Source: an uncultured virus (IMG/VR IMGVR_UViG_2061766007_000813) (lineage: Duplodnaviria; Heunggongvirae; Uroviricota; Caudoviricetes). From it: 64,000 nucleotides of DNA. The stretch lies in the IMG/VR virus record IMGVR_UViG_2061766007_000813; one strand, written 5' to 3'. The notes beneath the pieces are model-generated. The model saw only the letters and a list, made by a program, of their open reading frames with translations. It did not search any database and was not told where the DNA came from. The translations under genes and the position numbers were made by a program. Numbering within the stretch: the first letter of the stretch is position 1; the number at the start of each line of letters is the position of its first letter. Shown here one piece after another: positions 11,319 through 21,100 of the stretch.

Positions 11319-11436
11319 GTGTTTTTCTCCTTTTTTTATTTCGCGAAATAAAACATTGTTTAAAAAATCCGCAATGCCTAGTGACGGAATATAAACAAAA
11401 ATTCATTTTTCGTCACTAGACACATCATTATTATAC

Positions 11437-12510
11437 CTAATTACTGGTAAAAGGATAAGGCAAAGCACTCAGCATCGTCAGGGGATTGCCGTCTCCACGG
11501 ACGAAAGCCATTGCCGTGAAGGTCGATTCATCGCCGAGAGAGCCTGCCGCATCGCTGACTTCAGACCAGTCGAAGTCGATTCTCGTCTTGCCAGCGTCAT
11601 TTCCAGTAGTAATGTAGGTGAGGTCGCCGTAAACGAGACCAGAACCAGTCGCAAACACGTTGAAGACGATTCCTGGGATGATGATGCTCTTCATATTGCC
11701 GTCCGTTGTCATGTCGTCCACGCTGAACGTGTACGGTCTGATGGAGAACATGCTGTCTCCAGTGTCCTGATTCATGTCGTCGATGGTTTTGGAAAGATAC
11801 GTACCGACATAGGCGAAAGCCGTAATGCGAAGCTTAGTGTAACTCCACTGGGCAGGCGTGGTGCTTGGATGGAACGTGACCATGCCAGACAGGTACGCGA
11901 ATTCCCAGTTGTTCTGAGCCAAAGCCCAGTTGCCGTCCACATCGGCGCAGTTCTGGAGGTCAGTCCATTTGCTTCCCTTGTAGCCTTCGATACGGGCGGT
12001 GTAACCAGGAACTGGAATTCCGAGTTCCAAGTCCTTCACGGATGTCGGGGCAACCCAGTCCATGATGCGGTTGTTGCCGTCCTTCAGCTCATAGGCTTCG
12101 TATTTAACACCAGAACCGTTGGAGCCGAAGACAGGGGACATTTCGCACTGGCAGTACAGAAGGATGGCGGGATAACTGTCGTTCTTCCATACTTCGCCAT
12201 TGCCGAGGTCTTTCACCTTCGAGCCAGTAGCCTTGAAATCGGCGACCAGCTCGACGTTGGTGGCGATACCGTCCGTGCTCGTCTTGTTCGCTGCGGTGGA
12301 CTGGTAAATGAACTGGTCGTCGGTTGCAGTCCAGACCTGCGTCGAACGGACGTTGTGACCGTCCGTGTTCATCGCCTGTCCGAGAGCCTGACCAGTCTGG
12401 ATGGCAATACGCGACGCAGCATGGAATTTCAACCTGTTGCGAAGGTACGTATTGTCGTCGAGGTTCATCAACTGTTTGAGAGAAGTAGCGGATGTAATTC
12501 TTTGTGCCAT
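11437..12510 (-). CDS. Putative virion structural protein
   Basis: 357 aa, AGGAGG SD, in the fibre cluster. Confidence 0.7.
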   Translation of the reverse strand: MAQRITSATSLKQLMNLDDNTYLRNRLKFHAASRIAIQTGQALGQAMNTDGHNVRSTQVWTATDDQFIYQSTAANKTSTDGIATNVELVADFKATGSKVKDLGNGEVWKNDSYPAILLYCQCEMSPVFGSNGSGVKYEAYELKDGNNRIMDWVAPTSVKDLELGIPVPGYTARIEGYKGSKWTDLQNCADVDGNWALAQNNWEFAYLSGMVTFHPSTTPAQWSYTKLRITAFAYVGTYLSKTIDDMNQDTGDSMFSIRPYTFSVDDMTTDGNMKSIIIPGIVFNVFATGSGLVYGDLTYITTGNDAGKTRIDFDWSEVSDAAGSLGDESTFTAMAFVRGDGNPLTMLSALPYPFTSN

Positions 12511-12529
12511 AGTAGTGTACCTCCTTTAA

Positions 12530-14368
12530 TTAAGCTATTGTGCTACCCGTGAGAAGCACCTTTCTGAGTTCGGAGGTGCAACCTGCCTTCATCGTAATAC
12601 GGACATACATCACATCAGCAGCCGCTCCATCCGTGAATTCGAACTTGAGCTTGCTAGACGTGCCGAACGTCGAGTCTGCGGTACCGATGGTCGGGGTCTG
12701 ACCGAAGCAAACGTTGTACCACGTGCCACCGACTGTCTTCGCCACTTCGACAACCAGATTACCGCTGGAAATATCGGAGGCGATGCTGGCTTTCGACAGG
12801 ATGTCGATGGAGGCGGTTGGCATGGAACCAGGCTTGCTGAACTTCATGTAGTAGTAGCGGTCGCCCGTGCATGCGCTGTAGTTCGGGTTCGTCGCGCCAG
12901 CGATGACATTGTACGCGCTGTAGTTGACATTCGGGTATTTCAAATATCCCTGATAGACCTGAAGGGAGGTCGTGTCGGATGTCAAATCGACATTCGCGTA
13001 ATCGGACTTCGCGCTGAAATCTTCAAGCCAGCGGTTGTCGGTGATGTTCGAATCGGACGGGACGGTTCCATAAACCCACATTTTATTATTCGTCTTCGCA
13101 GAGGTGGCTGGTGCGCCGTTACCTTCATAGTTGATGCCGTAAATCACGACCTGCGGATTTTCAAATTTGCCAGCAAGCAATGCGATTCCAGACTTGGAGA
13201 AGGACATTGTAGTATCCTTCACAGTCGTCCATGTCGTAAAATCTGCTGTGGCAGTATCATTCAAAGCAGTAAACCACGCATTACCACTGTTCGGCGAAAC
13301 ATTTGCCTTGTTCGTCGTCGCAGCAGGATATCCGATGTTCTTCATTCCAGTGGCGGNNNNNNNNNNNNNNNNNNNNNNNNNNNNNNNGCTCTTCGTGGTG
13401 GCGTTCAGTGTGTAGTCGGCACCAGTCGGGGTTCCTGGAAGGTCTGTGTCCTTGATGTAGATGTAAGTGCCGTTCACGGAAGCATCGGCATTCCATGTGG
13501 CGACCGCAGAATCGCCTTCGCACATCTCGATTTTCACGACTTGGAAAGCCGTGGAGTCGCTGTAGATGTCGGCAGGGGTCAAGGTGAAGTTGACGTTAGC
13601 CATGTAGCCAGTCGCACCCTTCGCGCTCATGGCTTCTTCGCCCCAGTTTGTGACCGTGCAGGCGATACCCGTCACGTTGTTGCCTTCGCCGTTCAGCTTG
13701 CCGTAGTAAGTGCCATTGCCAGTAATAGAACCAACAATATAGACTTCTTCATTTCCGTTCTTGTTGATGTAAACTTTGAACTTCCCGTTTTCGTTGTCGT
13801 CGAAGTGAGTCGTCGTACCATTCGTTCCGTCCGTCAAGCCACCAGCTTGAGCTGCCGTCGTGCCAGTCGTCGCCGTGATGGTGTCGCCAGCTTGGAAAAT
13901 CTGGAAAGACGTGCTTCCGTTCGCGCCAGAAACATTACTGTATCCAGCGGACGGGACACCAGCGGTGTCGCCAGTCCTCTCGCCAGTGACCGTGGCATTC
14001 GAAATACCGTCCGTCGTATTGTACAGGGACGAATTCACATTGTCGCCTATGCGGATGGTGATTTTGCCGTCGTCGCCGTACTTGACTTCGCAGTTACCAA
14101 TAAACTTGATGTTCTTGAAATCCTGGTCGTTCGTTCCGACCTCTGGGTCTAATGGTTGCTCGTTCGCAAGTGCGTCCGCAGAAGCCGTCGGATGTTTCAT
14201 TGACGTGATGTGAATCGGGTTGAGCGTGTGGTTCAAATTGCCCGTTTCTTCGTCAATCAAATTCTCTACAGTGCCACCGATGATTTCCTCAAGGTCTGGT
14301 TTCGTGAGGTAAGGGTCGCCCTTAAAGTTGTGCAATTGCGTGGCTCTTACGCCTTTTGTGCTTGCCAT
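12530..14368 (-). CDS. Putative virion structural protein (beta-rich; N-gap 13357-13387)
   Basis: ~612 aa, Thr/Gly/Asn-rich, AGGAG SD. Confidence 0.7.
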   Translation of the reverse strand: MASTKGVRATQLHNFKGDPYLTKPDLEEIIGGTVENLIDEETGNLNHTLNPIHITSMKHPTASADALANEQPLDPEVGTNDQDFKNIKFIGNCEVKYGDDGKITIRIGDNVNSSLYNTTDGISNATVTGERTGDTAGVPSAGYSNVSGANGSTSFQIFQAGDTITATTGTTAAQAGGLTDGTNGTTTHFDDNENGKFKVYINKNGNEEVYIVGSITGNGTYYGKLNGEGNNVTGIACTVTNWGEEAMSAKGATGYMANVNFTLTPADIYSDSTAFQVVKIEMCEGDSAVATWNADASVNGTYIYIKDTDLPGTPTGADYTLNATTKSXXXXXXXXXXXATGMKNIGYPAATTNKANVSPNSGNAWFTALNDTATADFTTWTTVKDTTMSFSKSGIALLAGKFENPQVVIYGINYEGNGAPATSAKTNNKMWVYGTVPSDSNITDNRWLEDFSAKSDYANVDLTSDTTSLQVYQGYLKYPNVNYSAYNVIAGATNPNYSACTGDRYYYMKFSKPGSMPTASIDILSKASIASDISSGNLVVEVAKTVGGTWYNVCFGQTPTIGTADSTFGTSSKLKFEFTDGAAADVMYVRITMKAGCTSELRKVLLTGSTIA

Positions 14369-14480
14369 AATTGTTTTCTCCTTTATTTTTAACCAATCGT
14401 ACTTTTTGAAATTCCGACTGTAAAAAACAGCCCCCTTTTTACATTGATTAGAAAATCATAAATTATGACAGTCTATAAAT

Positions 14481-14519
14481 AAAAAATGAGCCTCGGAGAT
14501 GTTTTCTCATCTCCGAGGC
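14481..14519 (-). terminator. Intrinsic terminator
   Basis: gcctcggagatg / catctccgaggc stem with a U-tract on the minus strand. Confidence 0.75.
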
Positions 14520-14527
14520 ATGATTTT

Positions 14528-16429
14528 TTAAAGTATTTCGTAAACGTAAAACCGTGGGGTCGTCCCGTCGCAGTCGATTCGGCATCGGTTAACTTTTCCA
14601 GCGGTAGGCTGTTGTTTCATGGTCATCCCGTTGCAGGCGACCGTGGAGCCTGCGCCGAGGTCGATGTCGATATATGTGGAACTCATTGAATCAGATGTAT
14701 AGCCCAATGAAAGCGTCGCATTCGTCCCGCTCGGCACCGTCCAGCGGTAGCAGTTGCCTGCCTCCGCCGTCATGGAAGCCCCGTTCACATGGGCTATCGG
14801 GCTTTCCTTGCGGACGAAACTGCTGTTGTCGCCCAACTCCACCCATTCGTAGTCGTTCCATGAATACTCCTTGTTGCCAATCTGGTAAGTATCGCCGTTT
14901 TCTGGTTCGCTGATGCTGTTGAGGTCAGCCACGCTGTCCAGCTTGCCACGCCAGATATGGACTTTGTTTGCATTGTTCGCAATCCTGCTCGCGTCAATCC
15001 CCATTCCCGCGCCGACAGAGTAAATCGAGATGACGTTCTTCCCGTTGCGCAACTGCGATGCCCATTCATAATGCTCGCGGTCAATGTAGATGTCGGTCGT
15101 GTCATTGCGCATGTTGTAGTTCATCTTGACGATGATACGGTGCTTGATTGGGTCGTCGTTGTTGTAGTAGCCATCGAGGTCAAGGGCGTAACCGTTAACC
15201 GTAATCAGGATGTGGGTGGCTTCGTCGTTGTCCTTGTCGAGCAAGTCCTCGATGTTATGGGCGTTGCCAGAAGCATCGACCATGACGTAGTTCACCGAAT
15301 CAGACGGGAACTGGTACTGCATTTCGGAAATGGTGACTGACGCTGGAAACACCGTATGAAGATAATAGATGTCCATGATGTTGCGACCATTGCCGTAATT
15401 GAAGCATTCGTCGAACACATCACTATCAATGTAGATGTGGGAGCGTCCAGAATGCACGCCGTCCGATTCGTATTCCACCTTGACATAGCACTTGTCTGGA
15501 ATAACAGCGTCTTCGGAGGAATACGTCTCCACGCCGAGGGCATAGCCAGCGATGTCGATGCAGTACATCGTTCCAGCGTCACCGTCCCTGTCCTCCGCGT
15601 CGGAAATCGGGTAGTTGTCGCCGTTTTCATCTGTCGCCGTACCGTCTGGATGAAGCGTCAGACGTTTCCGCTTGACAGGGGAAGTCATCGCATTCGTAAG
15701 GTAGTACACACGAAGGATGTTCTTTCCGTTTTCAAGGGCAGCGAAATACTCGAATTCCTCCTGCTGGAGGAAGATATGGGAATTGCCCAATCCACCGCTT
15801 CCAGTCGTGTAGGTAATCTGCGTATGATACCTGTCTGGAATAGGGGCTTCGTTGTCGGCGTAAGTCGAAACACTCAGGACATATCCAGAGATGTCGATTC
15901 GGTAAGGCGTGGTGTCGTCTCCGTCGCCGTTCAGGTCGTCGTCGATGTCCTGCAACTGGTTCTGGACGGTGACAACTCGGTTATTGGCATCAAGAACAAT
16001 ATCCTCGACATTGACGATATAATTGAAATCGCATACCTCTTTTACTTGGTCGATATGCTCCGTCACCCATTCGACGGCTTCCTTCTCCTCATCGTTCAAA
16101 GCGTTTCCAGCAATTGTAGAACCACGGAAGACCCACTCTCCAAGCTCCTCGACCCATTCATAGAAATCGATGATATTCTTTTCCTTATTGTAAACTGGGC
16201 AAATCTGCCCGTCAGACGCAGACTGTGGCAATTCAGACGGGTCGTCGACTTTCGGCAAAACACCGCCGTTGATATTGACTCGCAATGCATCCTTCGTGTT
16301 GTCGTAAACCGCATTCAAATAGTCCTGCGCATTGTTTAAGCTCGTGCGGATGATTTTCTGCTTGTTTACAAAGCACTGTTTCAGAATATATTGTGATTGA
16401 TAAAGCTGTCTTACGCTCATATTATGCAT
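14528..16429 (-). CDS. Structural protein with three ~110-aa tandem repeats
   Basis: 633 aa; repeats of D-rich loop, (Y/H)xxxIxGYxL, SHI, NG(K/R)N(I/V). Confidence 0.7.
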   Translation of the reverse strand: MHNMSVRQLYQSQYILKQCFVNKQKIIRTSLNNAQDYLNAVYDNTKDALRVNINGGVLPKVDDPSELPQSASDGQICPVYNKEKNIIDFYEWVEELGEWVFRGSTIAGNALNDEEKEAVEWVTEHIDQVKEVCDFNYIVNVEDIVLDANNRVVTVQNQLQDIDDDLNGDGDDTTPYRIDISGYVLSVSTYADNEAPIPDRYHTQITYTTGSGGLGNSHIFLQQEEFEYFAALENGKNILRVYYLTNAMTSPVKRKRLTLHPDGTATDENGDNYPISDAEDRDGDAGTMYCIDIAGYALGVETYSSEDAVIPDKCYVKVEYESDGVHSGRSHIYIDSDVFDECFNYGNGRNIMDIYYLHTVFPASVTISEMQYQFPSDSVNYVMVDASGNAHNIEDLLDKDNDEATHILITVNGYALDLDGYYNNDDPIKHRIIVKMNYNMRNDTTDIYIDREHYEWASQLRNGKNVISIYSVGAGMGIDASRIANNANKVHIWRGKLDSVADLNSISEPENGDTYQIGNKEYSWNDYEWVELGDNSSFVRKESPIAHVNGASMTAEAGNCYRWTVPSGTNATLSLGYTSDSMSSTYIDIDLGAGSTVACNGMTMKQQPTAGKVNRCRIDCDGTTPRFYVYEIL

Positions 16430-16484
16430 CCCCGTGTTGAAAAACTACGACCATCTTGTAGAAACGCGGAAAATAAACAAAAAA

Positions 16485-17021
16485 TCACTTCTGCGCATCA
16501 TAGGGAAACTGACTTATTATTGAATAAGGTATAGGCTTCGACGAATCATAGTCGTCGCATCCAGTCCACGCCAGCTTCCGCTTGACATCCTGACTCTCCC
16601 TTGCCGTCAGCAGAAACATCCGCTGGTGCTTCAGGTCGTCCATGAGCGACTTCCCGCAGACATTAATGACCTTGCCTGCCTTGTCATTGTATTCGGTCAC
16701 TTCACCAGACGTGGAATCATAATGCCAGTTGTTGTTGTTGACGACACGCAACGTATGATAGTCGTTTCCACCGCAGTAAGGGCATGGATAGTAGAATCTC
16801 GTCCTGATGACGTTCCCGCATTCAGGGCATATGACATCCCCCTGATTCGCACGCCATTCAAACACAACCGTGTCACAGCTCTCGCATACGATTGGAGGGT
16901 TCACCACCATGTAAAGAACCCTGCCCCATCTGTCGTCGCCCATGTCAACCTTGATGATTCTCCCGACTGGAATGTTCATTTTGTCTCCGATGATTGTCTT
17001 ATTTTTTAATTGTGAAAACAT
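16485..17021 (-). CDS. Zinc-ribbon protein
   Basis: CESC, CPEC and CPYC motifs; true start may be the internal MNIPVGR. Confidence 0.6.
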   Translation of the reverse strand: MFSQLKNKTIIGDKMNIPVGRIIKVDMGDDRWGRVLYMVVNPPIVCESCDTVVFEWRANQGDVICPECGNVIRTRFYYPCPYCGGNDYHTLRVVNNNNWHYDSTSGEVTEYNDKAGKVINVCGKSLMDDLKHQRMFLLTARESQDVKRKLAWTGCDDYDSSKPIPYSIISQFPYDAQK

Positions 17022-18081
17022 CTTTCATGAAAGAAGACAGGCTACGGCACAATTCGTGCGCACGCCAGTATGCGAAGCATTCGGAAAAGAATTCCTCGAC
17101 GCTTGTCCTCGAATATTCACTTGGGAACATGTCATCCCCATTGTCAAACAATTCATCGTTCACTCTCATGATGTCGTCATCGTCGAAGGCATTGGAAAAG
17201 ACATACGTTTCACCTTCGCTGACGCTGGTTTCCATTCCAGATTTTATAATATTGGCTGTCAGGGACATGGAATCGACAGCAACCACCTCGAAAACGCATC
17301 CGTCCTTCAGCTCGATTGTCTCCCCTGTCTGGAAAACATGGCGTTTCCTAGGGGCATGCTTCATCTCCTCATACTTTTCGTTCACTTCATTGCGCTGGGA
17401 TTTCGACATCCTCTTGAACCAAAGGCGATGGGCTAGCTCATGAATGAAACTATGATAAATCCTGCCATCGGATGTCGTCGATTTGACGCGCATTGAATCG
17501 TTCTTTGGATTATAGTCGGCAAGGACACGTGGAGGCAAATCATTTTTGATTTCGACAATCCCGTAGGACAAAGCCTTTGAAAAGCCACCCAGCATCTTGT
17601 CGATTTTATCCAGCAGACGCAACACCTGCTCTGGCTCCCTCGTTCCCTTCTCGAAGACCAGTCTCCATTCCCTGTACTTCTTTTCGTCCAGTCCGTCGCC
17701 AGACGTGAAATCCGTCTCCGTGCGGAACAGGTTCTCGAATTCTGGCAATGTCATGCCGAGTTCCCTCAGCAACGGGGCGACCGCCTTGCCAGCGGAAATC
17801 CGCCTGTCCGACTTGATGCATTCGCCGAATGCCTTGAGCATCTTGTCATTCCCGACTTTGAGGGAAACAAGAATCGCGTTGAATTTGCCACGTCCTTCCT
17901 GCGAGGAGAATTTGGCACTGTCAAACTTGATGACGCGGTAGGAATTCTTGGCGAGCTTGGCGACATAGTAGCATGGTCTTGAATGCTTGTCAAGAAAAGC
18001 ATACGCCTTCCCATCTTCGATGACGTACCACGAATAGATGGAGGCGACAATTCTTCTTGCTATTCTTTCCTGCTTTGTCAT
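16999..18081 (-). CDS. Zincin-like (HExxH) metallopeptidase carrying a short form of the N-terminal tag
   Basis: Start MTKQERIARRIVAS at 18081 (GAGGGG SD); FIHELAH at ~17428-17448 and a downstream PSEYSRTSVEEFFSECFA. Confidence 0.7.
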   Translation of the reverse strand: MTKQERIARRIVASIYSWYVIEDGKAYAFLDKHSRPCYYVAKLAKNSYRVIKFDSAKFSSQEGRGKFNAILVSLKVGNDKMLKAFGECIKSDRRISAGKAVAPLLRELGMTLPEFENLFRTETDFTSGDGLDEKKYREWRLVFEKGTREPEQVLRLLDKIDKMLGGFSKALSYGIVEIKNDLPPRVLADYNPKNDSMRVKSTTSDGRIYHSFIHELAHRLWFKRMSKSQRNEVNEKYEEMKHAPRKRHVFQTGETIELKDGCVFEVVAVDSMSLTANIIKSGMETSVSEGETYVFSNAFDDDDIMRVNDELFDNGDDMFPSEYSRTSVEEFFSECFAYWRAHELCRSLSSFMKDVFTIKK

Positions 18082-18106
18082 AATGTCATTCCCCTCGCAA
18101 GCATTA

Positions 18107-21100
18107 TTATACCGTATAGTCATATACAATAGTCGTAGTGTTCGGTGCTCCCCACGGTGCTCCAGACACGGCTCCTGAACTCCAAGGTGCATTGATTGTG
18201 GCAAGATTAGAGCATGAAGAAAATGCGTTAGTTGCTATGCTGGTCGGCTGTGATGAGAATGTAATGTACGTCATGGCTTTGCAATTGTTAAAGGCTAGAT
18301 TTCCAACTGTCGTAATGCCACTTGGCAACACCATGTACGGTATTGAATTACAACCGTTGAATGTCTTCTGCGCAAGTGCTGTAACGCCAGAAGGAACAGC
18401 ACTGACTGTAATCAAAGAGCAGTTTTCAAAGGCTCTTTCTCCAATGCTTGTCAGACTCTCAGGAAGACTGCTGAAAGTGGCCTTGTAGCAATTTTGGAAA
18501 GCGCAAGACCCAAGCGAGGTCAAACTGCTTGGCAATGAAGCCATCGGCATTTTCTCGCAATTGTAGAAACCGTCAAGACTGATGCTTGTGATTCCATCTG
18601 GTAATGAGGTCAAGGCAAGATTCTTACAATCCCAGAATGTTTCTTTTGCAATACTGGTCAATCCGCTTGGAAGAGATGTAAGAGCCAAATTACTGCAATA
18701 TTTAAATGCACCTTGTCCAATACTTGTAACACCGCTTGGCAAAGATGTAAAAGCAAGATTCGCACAGCTAGTAAATGCATATTGCCCAATGCTTGTCAAT
18801 TCATTTGGTAACGATGTCAAAGCAAGACTTGTACAACCATTAAATGCATATTGTTCAATATTTGTCAATCCACTTGGTAAAGATGTCAAAGTAATATTCT
18901 TACAATTATAAAATGCATATTGTCCAATGCTGGTAATTCCACTTGGTAACGAAGTTAAAGCAAGATTCGTACAATCTCTGAATGCATATTGTCCAATACT
19001 GGTAACACCACTTGGTAACGAAGTCAAAGCAATATTCTTACAATAATAAAATGCATTATTTCCAATACTTGTCAATTCATTTGGTAACGATGTCAATGCA
19101 AGACTTGTACAATCTCTAAATGCACCGTTTCCAATGCTTGTGATACTGTTTGGCAATGATGTAAGAGCAAGATTCGGACAACTAAGAAATGCATTTTGCT
19201 CAATACTTGTCAATCCATTTGGTAACGATGTAAGAGCCAAACTCGTACAGCCATTAAATGCATTACTTCCAATACTGGTAATTCCATCTGGTAACGAAGT
19301 AAAAGCAAGATTCTTACAATTCTGAAATGCATTATTTCCAATACTTGTCAATCCATTTGGCAAAGATGTCAAAGCAAGATTCGTACAACCACTAAATGTA
19401 TATGGTTCAAGACGGGTAATTCCACTTGGTAACGAAGTCAAAGCAAGATTCGTACAACCACTAAATGCATAATTTCCAAGACCCGTTAATTCATTTGGTA
19501 ATGATGTAAGAGCAAGATTCTTACAATCTTTGAATGCTCCACCTGAAATACTTGTAATACTATTGGGCAATGATGTAAGAGCAATATTCGGACAACCACT
19601 AAATGCATCTAGTCCAATACTTGTAATTCCATTTGGTAAAGATGTAAGAGCCAAACTTGTACAATTCTGAAATGCACTTCTACCAATGCTTGTCAATCCA
19701 TTTGACAATGATGTAAGAGCAATATTCTTACAATTCTGAAACGCATATTGTCCAATACTGGTAATTTCACTTGGTAACGAAATCAAAGCAAGATTTGTAC
19801 AATTCTGAAACGCATATTGTCCAATGCTTGTCAAACTGCTTGACAAAGATGTCAAAGCAAGATTCGTACAATTCTGAAATGCATATTGTCCAATACTTGT
19901 CAATCCATTTGGCAAAGATGTCAAAGCAAGATTTGTGCAACCTTGGAATGCATATTGTTCAATACTTGTCAAACTGCTTGGAAGGCTTGCAAGATTAAGA
20001 TTTTGACAACCACCAAAGCCATATTGCTTAATATTTGTAAGTCCTTCTGGAAGATTAATAGTTGTAAGACTCGTACAAGCGCGGAAGGCATGTTCTCCAA
20101 TGATTGTAATCGAATCTGGTAAACTTATCTCCGTAACGGCACTTCCACGGAATGTAGCTGGCATCTCCGTCAAATCTTCCGCATATGTAATAATTCCTTC
20201 TCCATTTGAAAAGGAATGCGAAAACACTTTTATCAAAGTATAAGGAGTTATCTGTTCGGATGCCTTGTACTTCACCACATTGCTTGGGAGGTACTGATAA
20301 ATAATTTCCGTCGTGCTTTGCGCACCCCACGGAGCATTCGCCACATCTCCCTCGTACCATGCGCAGTAAATTCTTTCAAGATTCGTGCAACCTGTAAAAG
20401 CCGTGGATGAAATGCTTGGTATTTCATGGTCGAAGATGATTTCCACAAGGCTTGTGCAGTCCTTGAAGGCATTCGCGCCAACGGATGTGACAAGAAGCGG
20501 AAGCCTCACACTGGAAAGATTCGTGCATCCGTTAAAGGCATTGTCATCCACAGTCGTTAGAGTATCTGGCAACAACACCTTTGTCACAGCCGTGTTGCGC
20601 AACACGGCTCCAAGCGTCGTGACATCAGATGAAAACACGATTCTTCCATATCCGCCCAAAAAATCATGGTCAACCACGCCAGTATCATCATAAAGTATAA
20701 CCTTTGAATCAGCGAAATAACCAATAGTATGTGGCAGAACATAATTATAGACAATCCTTTTCGCATTGTGAAATTTATTATTAAAGTCGTTTGCATCACC
20801 ATACTCCTTGTCCCACGGGACATACGCTTCTCCAAGGCGACCGCAGTCCATAAAGATACTAACACCTAATGTGTCTGGAATTCCAGTAAGCACCACTGCG
20901 CTCAAATTAGCACAAGCTTTAAATGTATTACCTTCAAGAACTTTCAATCTAAACGGAAAAACAACGGTTGTAAGGCTATTGCATTTGTAAAAAGTCCAAG
21001 GAAGCAATTGCATTATATTGTTCGGCATCTCGGAAAATGCAATTGAGCTGTTCATACTGAATGAACCATCTTCTATTATTGTCAAATCATCTGGCAATTT

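Noticed and set aside
18554..20002. CRISPR array or DGR variable/template pair
   Set aside because: The repeats are in-frame 69-bp coding units with no unique spacers; no cas gene, reverse transcriptase or adenine-specific template copy was seen.
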